Assembly (NCBI GenBank): GCA_030141605.1 | Contig: JAQGDQ010000162.1 | Location: forward strand, 62,001 to 126,000 | Reading direction: 5' to 3' | Origin: Tubiluchus corallicola | Lineage: Eukaryota > Animalia > Priapulida | Length of the DNA: 64,000 nt | Shown: in pieces, positions 14,546 to 28,900 of the stretch | How positions within the stretch are numbered: the stretch's first letter is position 1 | How the letters are laid out: every line of letters starts with the position of its first letter | Notes under the pieces: generated by a model | What the model was told of the DNA's origin: nothing | The model's database searches: none | The model's input: only the letters and a program-made list of their open reading frames with translations | Translations under genes and position numbers: made by a program

Positions 14546-17500
14546 TCATACTCCTCCGGCCGGAACTCCATTGGCAGGTGGCGCTGCTAAAGCCGGCTTG
14601 TAGTCTCGTCCCATCAGGCAGGCGAATACGGTCATGACCATTTTAGGTTTGACTTCAACAATGTCTTCGGGTAAGGCATAAACCTTTGCCCCGATCTTCC
14701 TAGCCATTGTTATTGCATACTTAGCATTCAGCGTCTTGTCCTGACATTAGAAACATAAACATAATTGATTATTACTAAAAACAGAAAATAACGAGCGTAA
14801 AACTTTCCAGTACGAAACAGTTTTACTATATTAACAAGCTGCATTAAATGCCCACATATTAAGATTTTTTCGACTTTTTACTCACAAACTAAAACTTCCG
14901 AGTTAAAATTAGAACTTTATAAGGAAATTAAAATAATAAATTAGAAATGTTGGTATAATAAAGCAGTTTGCAGAATAAATACAATAACTGCAGTGCATAA
15001 CCAAAACAATATCAACTACTAATTTCTTAAAAAATTAAATCATAAAACAAAAACAGTCAACGATGAAACACTTTGATTCGCCTTCGTCAAAGAAACACTT
15101 GAAACTTGTTTGTTAATTAGAATTAACAAATCAGTGTGTTTTTTTGACAAAGCCAAACCAAAGTGTTAATATTTAGAGCCGTGTTGTTAATATTCAGGTC
15201 AATTACAGCACATGTTGTATAAAAGCCCTGGTTTAGTTTTTAAAGGAACGGACAAGTCACTTAGAATGTTCGGTTTATTTTACTGTTATAACTTAAACTT
15301 GGAAAAATGTAATAGTGGCAAAAAATTATCTATAAAGTCGAAAGTCAATTTATACCACTGCTGAATGAAATTTTCGGGTGCAGTGGTAGCCGCCATTCAT
15401 TTTAAAACTAGGTCGTAACTGGTGGACTTTGTGACTTTTCTTAGTGACTTAGCGCATAGTGGCTTTCCGTAACCGCGCAAAGTAATTCAATCTACTGCAA
15501 CTTACCTAATGTTCGCGCAAAAATATCACAAAATTAGCTAACTGATTTTTTGTAAAAACGTATCATACTTTTGATAAAGTGCGTCAGTAAACGACGTTAT
15601 TGGTGGAAGAATCGTGTTCAAAATGGCAGTGGCTAAGCATGAAATGATCGCGTTTTAAAACGATTTGACTAATTACACGAGGCGCTTATCACACTTTCAT
15701 GACTAAGTTCTTCTAACACTTTTTGTTAACAGAAGGCTTGGCCTTTTGACCTTTCCTTTCCTTTAAATATTCATTAAATGATGTCATGAAGTTGTTGCTG
15801 CAATGTATTTTTTCCTGAAAATAAGTTCTAAAAGACAGAACTAAAGCCATTTTTCATTCTTAACCCTAAAATCTGCATCAGTACCTCATCGCTGAAGCCT
15901 CTCTTCACCATATCGTAATTAACGGAACCCGGTTTGATGGCATCCACAAGGTCGATGACGACTACGGCGTTGGAAATGCTCTGATCTTGAAAGTTGGCGA
16001 TACTCGTCTTCTTTCCTGTAGATTTCAGCTGAAGTAGATAGACAAATAGATAGATAAAAGGTTAACTTTCATACAAAAACTGAATAAAATTGCATTTACA
16101 ATAAAAAGACAATTAAAAGGCATTACCTGTAAACATTAAAATGATAACAAAATATACTAAGATCATACACAGAGCGACACTGACACAACCTACTGGAGAA
16201 AAATACCCTACAAACACAGAAACCATCATTAAAAAATGAAATAAAAAAACTAAAAGAATCTACCTATTTGCCAAGATCATACTACTACCATTTAAAAGTC
16301 TTTTCATATAGGGTACAGGTGAATAACACAGGTGAGGTAGAGCTAAAGGGTTCAATTTACCGACTGGAATATTGTTCATCAAAAGCGTCATCTATTTAGG
16401 AGATCATAATAACAAAAGCTAAACATTAAAGCAAAAAGCAACACTTGCATTGGCAGTATGCTATGTTCCCATTAACTCCTTCAAGACTGCAAGAGTTTAC
16501 TGCGTTTTGCATGGGTTCATGAAAAATTGCTCTCACAAAGCAACGATTACATTATATCTGATAATCTTTGTAGGTTTCCACTCCGCACACAATGAATTTT
16601 CATGTAAAATTATATATGAAATTAAATTGTAAATATATGCAAATTAAAAATCAATTGTTGACAAAAAAAATGAAAAAAGATTTCAGTAACTGCAGTGTTT
16701 GTACAGTAAGAATACACAGTATCACTTGTGTGAAATAGGCAAATGCAGAAAATTTCAACTATCCAGACTCAACACTCTAACACACTTTGGCCTCAAGTCT
16801 ACTCTATTTTTAAGGGTAAATTCCCGTTAAAAGCTGAAAAGACCTTAATTTGTCCTTGGCGGGCTGATCAGATTTTCCTGCAACTCAGTTCAACAGATAG
16901 TTTGATCGAGCAAGTGTCAGCCAGACTGAGCTACTAGACAAACAAAGCTGGGGTGCCTGAAAATGGCATCATCTTCTTAATTTTATCAAATTAAATCATT
17001 TACAAATATCATGATTGGACAGCCGAGATTCTCCTGAATAGAACAAGAATCCATTCCTGTAATCCATTAATTATGCCTGTGCTGATACAGTAGCAGAAAA
17101 GGCACAGGTCTTATAAGCCCCATTTTGAGTGATACGACCCTGAAGGAGTTAATGAGGCGAGTCTTGATTATTGTTTATGATCGTCAGTATTAATAATCAT
17201 AACGTCAATAAAACACTGGTGATAAATAATTAAATAATATGATTGACCAATACCTTCTTATTGACCCATTCGATAATCTCCTTTTCAACAATCGGATGTC
17301 CAGCCCCACTAAGCTGCGTGAGTATGGCTAGAGTATAGGCACGCATGAGTTGCCATACCAGAGCTGAAACAAGCAAACTGTATAGGAAAACGTGGTACAA
17401 ATCAGCTGCTAAAACTTGCGCTTTCACCTACCTCGCTGCTCACTAATCACTCGAATGTGAATTACTTGTTTAACTTTTGCAAAGTGAACTACAATGGTTT

Positions 17501-20500
17501 CCAATTCCTTAGCTACAGTAATTTGTATGTCATATCTCAAATAAAGAGAAAAATGATGGATTGATGATTCAAGCGAGAAGATGCTCTCAGCTGGACTTGC
17601 GTGAGCGAATCTTAAAGCTTTCACCTCAAATCTATAATCAAAATGGATTTCCTCCCTGATAAAACAGTAAAAGCGAAACTCTTACACAGCACAGTTAATC
17701 ATGCAATCAATGAAATTTCTCTATTTTAGCTAAAAATGGTTATACTTAATAGGTGAAGTTATGATACAGCATTTAGCAATGACACGGTGGCAGTGCAAAC
17801 ACAGCACAAGTAACTCTGCTGGGCAGGTTGTATCTAATTAACAAACAAATTTATTTCTTCAACTTTCTCACACTTAACTGCTACTATAATGAATAGAATG
17901 TTGAAAGACATTACTTGGATATGCCTTCCAATTTCACAAAATCTTCAAGAAATGTCAAAAATGCAACCGACAACAGCGCAAATTGAAACTTAAATTTGTT
18001 TTGGGAATTTGTGATCGTCGATTACGCACCAAGAGTTAATGTCTGGTTCCCCTCGTTCAAATCCTGTCCTCCGATTCCGACCAAAGAGAACCTCATGTCC
18101 TTCCCCAACTCGACTGCATAATTGCAGTTTTCCAGCTTCTCCATGAAGCCCTTCAGCTTCGTGAAACGCTTGTGCACTCGACTCCAGTTCACTGCGCCGG
18201 GTTTGATGATGTCATACAACTGCAAGAATCAATAAATCAGTTGAAATGACGTCATAATTACCACATCTTAAAACAGCTCACTACTATAGCGGCTCAATAT
18301 TGAAATAAACAATTTGCATAGAAAACGGACTGGTTATTTAGAAATAGTGCTAAGCTCAAAGTGAAATAGTAAGTAATCTGTCCAATTAGAAATAGTATGA
18401 ACAGTTCTAAGGCACATAGCACTTCGCAGCATGTTTGCTGATGCACAGAACGTAGGCGATTATATTGCAAAACTCTGATTTCTGTACTTTTGAAAGTACA
18501 GATCACTAAACAAACATTCAGAGTAACATTACAAATACAAGCCACTACCTAGACGATAAAGAATTCAGCTGATAAGATTAAAAATGAACTAGAAAACTTT
18601 GCATTTTTTAACTAAATTGTATATAAAAACCAAAAGCTAAAGATGCATATTATTAGTTTTTGTTCCAATTACGCAACTATTTCTAAGTAGCGTGAGCTAG
18701 TATTAAGCATGTTGCCTAACAGTAACATAATAAACGACACATTTAGCAATGAAGAACTCTATGTGATTCATTTACCTGAAAGATGACGAGACCATCAGCC
18801 AAATCTCCGTACAACCAGTTGACGTAAGGGTTAACGCCAAGGCTGTTCATCCAGTTACGGTAAGCTGTAAAAAACATACAGGTTAACAGTGAGCTTTGTG
18901 GTATCAACACTTTTCTCTAATTAGCTGGGAACTAGCACTGTTGTATTGTAAACTACAAGGAGGAAACCTCGGGCCTGCTTTGTCATGTTGAAGTAGTAGC
19001 TCAGCTGGCACAACATGGAAGTATTAGTGTCAGGTTTTGGGTTCAAATCCAGACTAGTCCACATTTTTTCAGCATCTCCATTCTTTCTCCAAGTCATCAC
19101 CCGCAATGGGTAATGATTGTTAAAAAAACAGAATAGTTCATAAACATTTTGGCAATCACAGTTATAATCTAACAAATTGATAAGAGTGAGCCTGTTCATC
19201 TAGTACGGTAAGTTGGGAAAGAAACATGGGTTAATACAGAGACTGTTTGTCCTGTTACAGGAAGTTGGAAACAACATACGATTTAACACCAAAACTGTAC
19301 GTTTATTTGCGATTAGCTGAGGACACTGAAGTTGTTTGTCCAATTCTGGTAATATGTTACCAGACTCACAAAGTGCAAAGGCTACAAGCCTAGATACTGA
19401 AATACTCAGTTTTTTTCTAGGTGCATCATACAAGAACCTGACTCTTCAATTTACTAAAATTGACCATCATATGCAGTAAACACTGTCAATTTTGTTTTAC
19501 ACGAAAATTTTGCTTAGTATAAGTAAAGGCCTCGGACAGATATAAAAGCTTGTTAAAGCAATGCTGAATAGTGACGGTAGTAATGCTGAATAGTGACGTC
19601 CACAAAAGGCACAACAATCTCATGGCATTAAGTTTAATGAAAACCGTTCTTCGTTACTGCTGTCTACATTTAATAGCAGTCAGGCATAAGCAAATAACAT
19701 ATGGTCATCTTGCCTTTGCAGTTATTGCTCCACTATTGTGAATCGTTTACCATGGTCTATGTGTCAACTATGCTGCCATCATTACGAAATTCTAAAAAGC
19801 CCTTAAAAGTGCACCTTTTTAGGCAGCATTGTGGATCATAGCATTATTTGTACATCAGAGTAAAGTATGTTGGTAACAATTTTACAATGGCCTCTAAAAT
19901 CGATTTTATAATCTTACAGCACTATTTACAATTATTATAATTTTGTGATTTGAGAATAATTAATTTTATGACTGTATACGTAGCTGTAGGTTATAAAAGC
20001 TTTCTAATTGTAAAGAACATCGAGATTACTTGATTCAATGCATTACATAAATTATAAATATTTTTATTACTTTTATTACTACACAAATTTTTTAGATAAT
20101 ATTACAATTAACAGACTTCTTACTCTTACTTACTCTTTTCCTCGCGGGTTTCCCCCTCCATTTCCTCCAGGTCTGGCATTCCGGCGGGCTTATCCAAGGC
20201 AGGATACATGTTGAACAAGTTGGCTACGAACGCGGTGTTCAGCTTGGAGTTTCCACTCACGACATCTTGACTCGTGACAAAAGCACGACAATCCAGCTTC
20301 TCCGATTCACACAACATCAGTTCGGCACGTTTCAGTAAGTCATCCTCCTGGAGCACAGAAAATTGAAGAAACTGACAAGATGAAAATTGCACAATACTAC
20401 AACATCAAACAAGTTTCTACAAGTTTCTGCAATAAACGACCGACGGTAACTACTGCTTGAAACACGTAAGACTAATGCACATTTCATACATGACAATCGC

Positions 20501-23500
20501 TTTGAAAAAAACCATAATGGAAAGCAATAAAGCAGCCGAAATGATGAGGAAAACGTTGCGAAATTTTGACATTAAATGACACCTCATGAACATCAAAAAC
20601 ATGCTGACGCAACGAATTTCCAATGAAATGTATTATCAGAAATCCTTACAAGTTACAAAAAACATTAATGTTATGTACGAGTAAATATGCAGTGCCGCAC
20701 GCTTTAGCTTCACAATACTGATACATACACATCTTTTACAGCTGAGAAGTGGGTTATATTGTCACCAGTTACACACTACTCTAGAAGACAGGAAGTCATG
20801 ACCTAGTTACGACCATGAATATCAATAAACAAAACAACTCCTGAAAACCACATTTCTCACACATAAGCAACGTATCGCTCTACAAACTCATCAGATTCTT
20901 TTGAACGACGTCTTAAAAACATTTGTTTAGATTGTACTTTTTACGGTGAATTAATTTTTATTTTTTCTAAAGTATTTTAAATTTTAATGTATCTTATGAT
21001 TATAAAATGTAGTTTTATCGTTCAGCGTGCTGAGATTTTAAATAATGTACTGTGCTATATAAATAAATTTTACATTCATTCATTTACGTAAAGCGAGAAA
21101 TAAACTCAGCAAAACAACCAACAACCCGAACAAATGACAATTATACTAAGCTACATTTTCGTTCATATTAAAACCAGCTGGAAATATAAAGTACATATGA
21201 ATAAACAAATATGAACTAACATAATTATAATCGGAACTTCCAACCAACAGCTGTACATATAGCTTTGTTGTCATACTATTCAAAATAACGTTAGTTTAAA
21301 CATAATGTATTATAGGATTGGATCCGACAGTTTCAAGACATGATTTGAAATCCTCCTAATTACAAAACATTTACAATAAGAATTAATTATATCTACCAAA
21401 TTAACTATATCTGACAAAATAATGTTAAGTACGATAGACTTGATGAATCAATATTAAAAGATTCTGCCTTTTCCTGCATTTCGGTGTTGCTCAACTTCCA
21501 AAATTACAGTCCCAACTAAAGCTGGTGCACAACTAAAAAATGCTATTTAACGAAACAAAATAGAACTGCGATACAAAATATGTAACTCATACTTAATGTA
21601 GAAGGAACAGTATGTTAAGTGTCAGTTCAGACAAGAACTTTTTTACTCTATGGAACTTACATGCAGAGCTCCTGTTGTCACGCCCATCTCTTTGGGTGCG
21701 ATCTGATGAAGTAGGTGAATGTACGCTTCGGAATCCTGAAAGCAAAAACAGTGGAATATTTCACAAATGTGTGTTGGACTTACAACCCACAGCTCCTTGG
21801 TTCGCATCCAGATTTGGTCAAAACATTTTCCTATTACGTCTAAGGTTCAGTTAAGTCTGGTTTCCTAGAAACTGTTAAAGATTTCAAATTTTTGGGAATA
21901 AAAAATTCAGATGATCATAAATGGGAAGCTAATGTGTTATGTATAAAAAGGCTGCACTTTTCAAGACAATTTAAATCATTTAACATTGCCCCTGCTGTGC
22001 TGGAGTTTTTGTCAGTAAAGGAGAGCATCTTAATGACATCCCTAACTTATGGCACTACCACGCGAGAAGATCGCAATGCTCTTGATCAGATTGTTAAATC
22101 CGCCTCAAAAATAATAGGAATTGAACAGCAATCTATGGCACATTTGCACGAAATGAAGGTTGCAAAGACAGCACAACTTATCATTAGTGACAAGTGTCAT
22201 CCTAGTAGTAAATTTTTCGAAATGTTCCCTTCTGTTCGTAGATACTACTCACTTAATGCCAAAACCACGAGGACATTAAATTTTTTCAATCCTTTTACAG
22301 TTTGCACTATCAACAGTAAATTTCAGTAAATTTGCAATATTCTCCATATCACTGTATATAGTTTATTAGCACTTACGTAACGACATATTGTTGTAGCAGT
22401 ACGCAAGTACTTCTTTCGTGGAAATTCATAAAACCTCACGAATTTCATTATATCGTAATATAATGACAATAAATTACTTACTTACTTACAATTCATTAAT
22501 GTGGGTTCATTTTGCAATCACAACTGCGAAGAGCTTAATTTCAAATTTGAAACTGCTGTCAGTAAGCCAGTAAATGTTTGTAAATGCAGCTGTGTTTCTA
22601 GATTACAGGCACTACATTTAACCTGCAAGGTGTCAGCTTACGAGGAAGGTCAGAAATTCTGTGAAGTCAGTCTTACGTAAAAAATGTTGGAAAAATTTTG
22701 TAATAAAGGTGCGATAAGTACCAGTGTAATTAGTAAAATCAATTTAAAGGGACAAGATTTTTCGCATTATGAGGTCCTTTGTCGATTGAAGTAAAACAGT
22801 GCACTGTCAATTTTAGTTAAAAGTATAAAACGTTTTTACAGAAAAACAGATACCTAATTTTCTGATAGTTTTGCCCAAACATTGGGTAAGATGCAGAAGT
22901 GTGAGTTGTTTAAATAGTGCACACTTAAAGTCACAGAATCCGCCAGTTATGTCATAATTTTCAAGTGAATGGCCACTACCAACATGCCTACAAATTTCTT
23001 TACAGCATTATTATAAATTAAATTTGTGCAAATTTCTTTGCTACATTTTTCTAAGTTTAAGGGATAACAGTAGAATAAACCCAACACGCTAAGCGATGTA
23101 TCTTTTCCTTTAACTTAAGTACCTTGATGTCGTTACTAAAGTTGCTGATTCGTTTGTCTTGTCCCGCTTTCTCCAGGTGATAATTAACCCAGCGGATGAG
23201 GATGGATTCAGGAGACAGCTTCATCATATCTTCTATTGATTCGTCATCGCCTAGCAACGTGGCGAGTCCTGGACAATGCTGCAGGTCGATCTGATTGAAC
23301 AAGCCAATCTATAACACAAAGTCATAACTTGTATTGACTCCAAGATTCGGGTTTAATAATTGTGTTAAACCATGCAGACTGTTGCAATCTACAAACCAGA
23401 CAAATATAATAGCTAAAGAAAGGCCACATTAAAATAGAAATACTTAATGCCAAAGTGGAGCCAAACGTCAAAAAGTTATGCAGTATGAATCACTACGCAG

Positions 23501-25827
23501 ACATCACACAAAAACACAAGTCAATACAGAGAGATGGGATACAGGTAATGAAAATTAAATTCCGCTTGATAAATTAATTATACCTCTTTGAGCAGGCTGC
23601 CTTCTCAATAATACAGGATACTTTTATATAAACATTTACTTCGTAGCTCATACATCACTAAAGTTCTGAGCAGTCACTGCTTTAGACTACGTATTAGAAT
23701 GCATGCATATCTTATTGAAAATCTAAAGAATAAAGCACCTTGCAAAAATTTTAAAAATCACTAACTTGCACTTGATATATTAAAGGCCTATATAACCCCT
23801 ACAGAACAATGAAGTTTTTTAACATATTATTATGATTACCCAAAGAATTCATAGTTATTATCAAACAAAAGAAACTTATAAATTAAATAACTTACCTTTT
23901 TCTGGTAAATTTTGAATGCGCGCATTGCTGTAAAGTCCGCCATGCTTCGCGCCATTGGCGTGAGCGAACGAAAATGACGCACGTAGTACAGAAAGCGTCT
24001 TTGGTTACCAATCTTTGGAGACCTCATAACTGTACTCATAATGTCATTCGTCTCGTGCAACGAAAAATGGCGGTTCTTCAAATTTAATACCGTTAACAAT
24101 GAAGTGATAAAAAATCAAAAGAAACAAGTTTGAGAGTAAGTTTATAGTAAAATAAATTGAATACTCATAATGAGAGTAGGATTGTAAGTTGTAAAAACTT
24201 ATATTATAGTGAGGGTTTAATTTGACTTCAACTCTGCACATTCGTACATCCTCTCAGACTACGAAGAGCATGAACTGGACTTGTGTTAATTATATGCTTT
24301 CCACAATCTACATAACTACAAGTAAGATGCAGAAATGACATGATACAAAATATTTGTTTAATTGTTACGATTTTCAAAAGATAGCTACCCTGATGATCTG
24401 CCACACAAGTCCGAGCACCAGATGGGGTTTACCAGCTGCCAGGTCGTCAGGACCAATGTTGACGATGTTGCAGCCGATGGCTTGCGAAGAGTTGAGGGCG
24501 AGCAAGAGGTTCTCATGCTTCCTGTATATGGACAGGTTACTGGTGTTGATCGCTCGTTCATCTATGGTTTCTGGCACTGAATGGTTGATCACTTTGCTAA
24601 AAAAACAAAGAATAATGCGAGTTTTTCTCACGTCCAGTTAGTTCAAGTCTGCCAATCATGTCTTTAGAATTCTGAAGGAAACTACTTAACATACAATTTC
24701 GTACCATACATCAGAATGACTTACCAGACAAATATCTATGCAGCGAGATGTTCTGTTTGTTTGCCTGTTAGCGGCATTTGGGCTGAAGGAAACTGCAGGA
24801 TTTGTACTCAGCTAGGAAGTTAAGAAATGCTAAACCCTGCACCCAAATGGAGCAACGACTGCCAAGAAAACTGCTTCTGCGTGGTGTTGTCTGCCATACT
24901 TCAGCTATTACTTTCTCTGTAGTAGGCTATGTACATACCAAAACATGGCTGAGATAGCTCTGCTCAGCATATCATCTTAGAACAATATCCTTGATAAAGC
25001 CCCTCAGTTCCTGTCCTGTTACAAGGTCGACAACCACATCGACTACATTGATTTGTAAGCGTTTACTTTGAGAGACCATGTCAAGCACACTGAAGGGCGG
25101 CTTTCATAGCGAATAAACGCATAAAAATACTATTCTGTTCACTTAAGTTTACTTCATATTGAAGCTATGCACTTTAGTTGGACTCATACTGAAAAGCTCC
25201 ATAACAGCTGCTACTTGGGTGGCAAGATTTATTACTCGTACGTGAAGGTCAGGAGTTTGGTATGCAAGGAATGAGAAAACCTTTTTGAATTACACATGCA
25301 AACAACGTTTTCTGTGTTCATACATTGCAATAACCAGCGAAAATCAATAAATAACAGTAAAAACATGTTTCTTATGTGACCATACACTAGTTAGTATTAA
25401 GATTTAAGATGTGGTCTTGGCCCTAAGCTAGTTGGGTTAACTTAACTTAATATTGTGCAAATTTGTAAATAATTAGAATAAATAAATATAGCATTGTGTC
25501 ATTCCACAGCACTCTCAGTATTATGCAAATATGTAAATAATAACTGTGTAATTATAGCTGCAGCAAAAAAAATAAAAATGTAATTTGTGTTTATCGAAGG
25601 TAGATAAATTATCCACAATTGTTGTTATAACATCTCAATGATAAATTTACTTGCTTAATTAGCATTAGCCAAACCCTGCAAATAAAAAGTAACTGCATTT
25701 AACGAATTTATTTTTTATTTTGATCACTGTCTGTATTGTATGTAAATGTAATTTGTTTTTTATCTGAATAAAAGAATAATAATAATAATAACTATAATAA
25801 TAATAATAATCATAATAATAATAATAA

Positions 25828-25926
<99 letters not shown>

Positions 25927-25927
25927 C

Positions 25928-25967
<40 letters not shown>

Positions 25968-25968
25968 G

Positions 25969-25999
<31 letters not shown>

Positions 26000-28900
26000 A
26001 ATAATAACTTATCAATGTCATCATGTTAAGTTTTATGCAAAGATTAATTTTTCCTTGCTGACATTAATTCAGGAGGAAAGAAGAGGTCCACTCTATCACT
26101 GTTACATCAAAATGCAACAAAAGTTTTAAACCAAAAATGGAGAATTATCAAGAACCCAAGTCACGAAAGCTGTTCACATCGTTATCATGTAAGCTTGCCA
26201 TCTTCCAGGCCTGTGCAAATCATGCAAATAGGTTGGAAACTAAACTGTGTTCAATTCAGTTTCAAACTTTGTTCAAATATTTAACTAAACTGAATTAGCC
26301 GACTTAAAAGTGTTGTCAATTATTGGCTGAGTTTGCATGTAACAATCGTGTGCATACTTCTGGAACAAATGAAGGCTATCCTTTATACTAACTTCAAAGA
26401 ACTTATTTAGATACTTGTTGCCCAAGTATAACAAGCTAATTTATGCACCATTCTCTAATAGTTTTTCTTTAAGTCTACACAAGTTTATCTTAACGGCAAT
26501 TTTCTATCACACATGCAAAAGAAATCAGCAAAAAACCTCCAAAAAACTTACAGTTCTTATGTGTTAATAGTCTCTGACATTTATTCAAACCTTACAATGT
26601 ACTTGTATGTATCTAAACAAAATTTTTGTATAATTAAATAGTAGCTCTTCCAAAACAAATTAGTGGAATTTCTATCTACTGAACTTAATGTTAGCTGTTA
26701 ACAATGGAGAATCCAAACAATAATAGAGAATAACATAAAAACAAAATTCAAACTAGAAAATATTTTTAACGTGAAACAGGATTTCTGAATTACCTACAGG
26801 TACCAAATTCATTATCAATCCTAGCTTCAGCTAATAAAGTACAATTACGGCCTGATTACGATGAAATCACAGAGCCTAAAATCACCTGTATACAATACAG
26901 GACCATTTGATACAGACGGTTGACTTTTACGACATTTGCCTACCGCATACCTGCAATCAGGGGTTAACAGAGGTACGCACGATTAACATCAGCCAGCGAT
27001 CGTAAAACACGCTACTACAGCACCTTCCTGGGTAATAATTTTATCAATTTATACAGCTGTTAACGCAACGCCAAAAAGGCAATGCTACTGTACGAGCTAC
27101 ATAAAGTGCAACGCTAATTGTAAATTCAGTATGGATGAAATTCAGGATAAACTGGAAAATTGTACCAATGATGATGCCAGCACTAACTGCACTATTGTTA
27201 ATTAAGTTTTAAGTTCATATTTAAATACAACGGGCAAAACAAGACAGTTATAGATAACAAAATGCACATTATAAGTCAAAGAAAACTATAATGATCTAAA
27301 TATCCTATTTTCCTTAAAAAAAGTTTTCATTTACAACAATAAAGGTAATGCCTGCCAGCAAACAGCCAGCAAGCAAAATAAACTCACCTAAATTGAGTTC
27401 TTATTACTTTTTCTGTTATCTTTCAGTTCAGCTTCTGTTTACTGAATGCACGTTTAGTTTAAGTATTTATTTTAAAATAAATTTCCCTGACTTTTCCTTG
27501 ACCAAACATTGATTTGCCACGACCAAGATAAGCAGAAATTACATTACCAAGAAAAATTTTTGTGTATGGACATTCATACATATACTGATATATAATGTGT
27601 CGGCACAGCTGCAGTAGTGCTAACGAAATTACACTAATCACATTAAATAAACTTTCTTAATACAAGCAATATTTTTGGAACAGAAATCGAAACTGGGAGA
27701 CTGCCACAGCAAAATTTCGTTTGAACACGAATCGCTGAGAAACATGTTTGGTAAAATATCAGTTCACGGTGATTATTTTTGCAAGTCTTTCCAATTTCCC
27801 TGACTTTTTGCCCCATTTTCTTCATTTTCCCTGACTTTTTAACAAATTATCTTTTTCTTTGACTTTTCCATGACTTTACAGGGTAGCCTGTATTTTCAAG
27901 GTTTTCCACGACTTTACCTGACCTTGGGAACCTGTTTCATTTCACTCAAGTTTTACAATAATGTAGTACAGCAAAAAAAATTCTATAGCAGGATGAATAC
28001 TATAGCTATAGTATTAAAAATATAATTATATATTTGATATAAATATAACATAAAAAAGAAAAGGCAACTGTAAATAATAAAAACACTGCCACATAGATTT
28101 AATTTCATGAAAAATCTGGCATAAAATATAAATATGGATAGTGACATAGGGGTGGCCTCTGGTCTTTCGCCACGCCAGCTCTATTTTCATTCCTTAATCA
28201 ATGATTATGTAATGTATGTTATTAAGTAAAACAAAGGGACAAATAAACTTATTGAAATGAATTGAATAGAAAAAAAAATTATGAGAAATAATGACAACCT
28301 TACCACAGCAGTATACCATCATTGACGCGTCTGTACAAGCTCTTGCCATCCGGGTCAATAGGAAGCAAGTGCTTCAAATCAGGATCATGACCCAAGTTCC
28401 TGGAAAACAAAACTCTTACTGAGAACAGCAAACATTTGCAGATTAGTAACTAGTTCACGTTTATAAAAAAAATGAACTAATATTTCTAAAACATGCTATA
28501 GTTTACAGTCACATTACCTTGCATATTGGTAATGATAACAATGACAACAATGATGATAAAAATGACAACAATGATGATAGCAATGACAAGAACAATGATA
28601 GCAATGACAAGGACAATGATAACAATGACAAGAACAATGATAACAATGACAAGAACGGTGATAACAATGACAAGAACAATGATAACAATGACAACAACAA
28701 TGATAACAATGGCACAAAAATAGCTTATTATGCCGTTAAATTTGATAGCAAAGTTTTGCTTGCACTACTTTTGCATAAACACAGAAAAATATGTCTTTAT
28801 GCTAGCCTCAAAGTATGTCGACCTCATTGGGACAACTACGGCCTGCCACTTAAAAGTTTTTCACAATTTTCTCATCTAATGACCGCCTTTCCGACCAGGA

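Noticed and set aside
18995-19070. Functional tRNA gene
   Set aside because: A and B boxes are present but the acceptor and anticodon stems do not form; treated as a SINE-like relic.
23895-24095. CpG-rich, partly palindromic island in plastin intron 5 as an internal promoter or ncRNA
   Set aside because: The symmetry is patchy and more simply explained as a decayed foldback element; no other support.
25665-26024. Poly-Cys/Tyr and poly-Leu ORFs
   Set aside because: Translations of a trinucleotide microsatellite.
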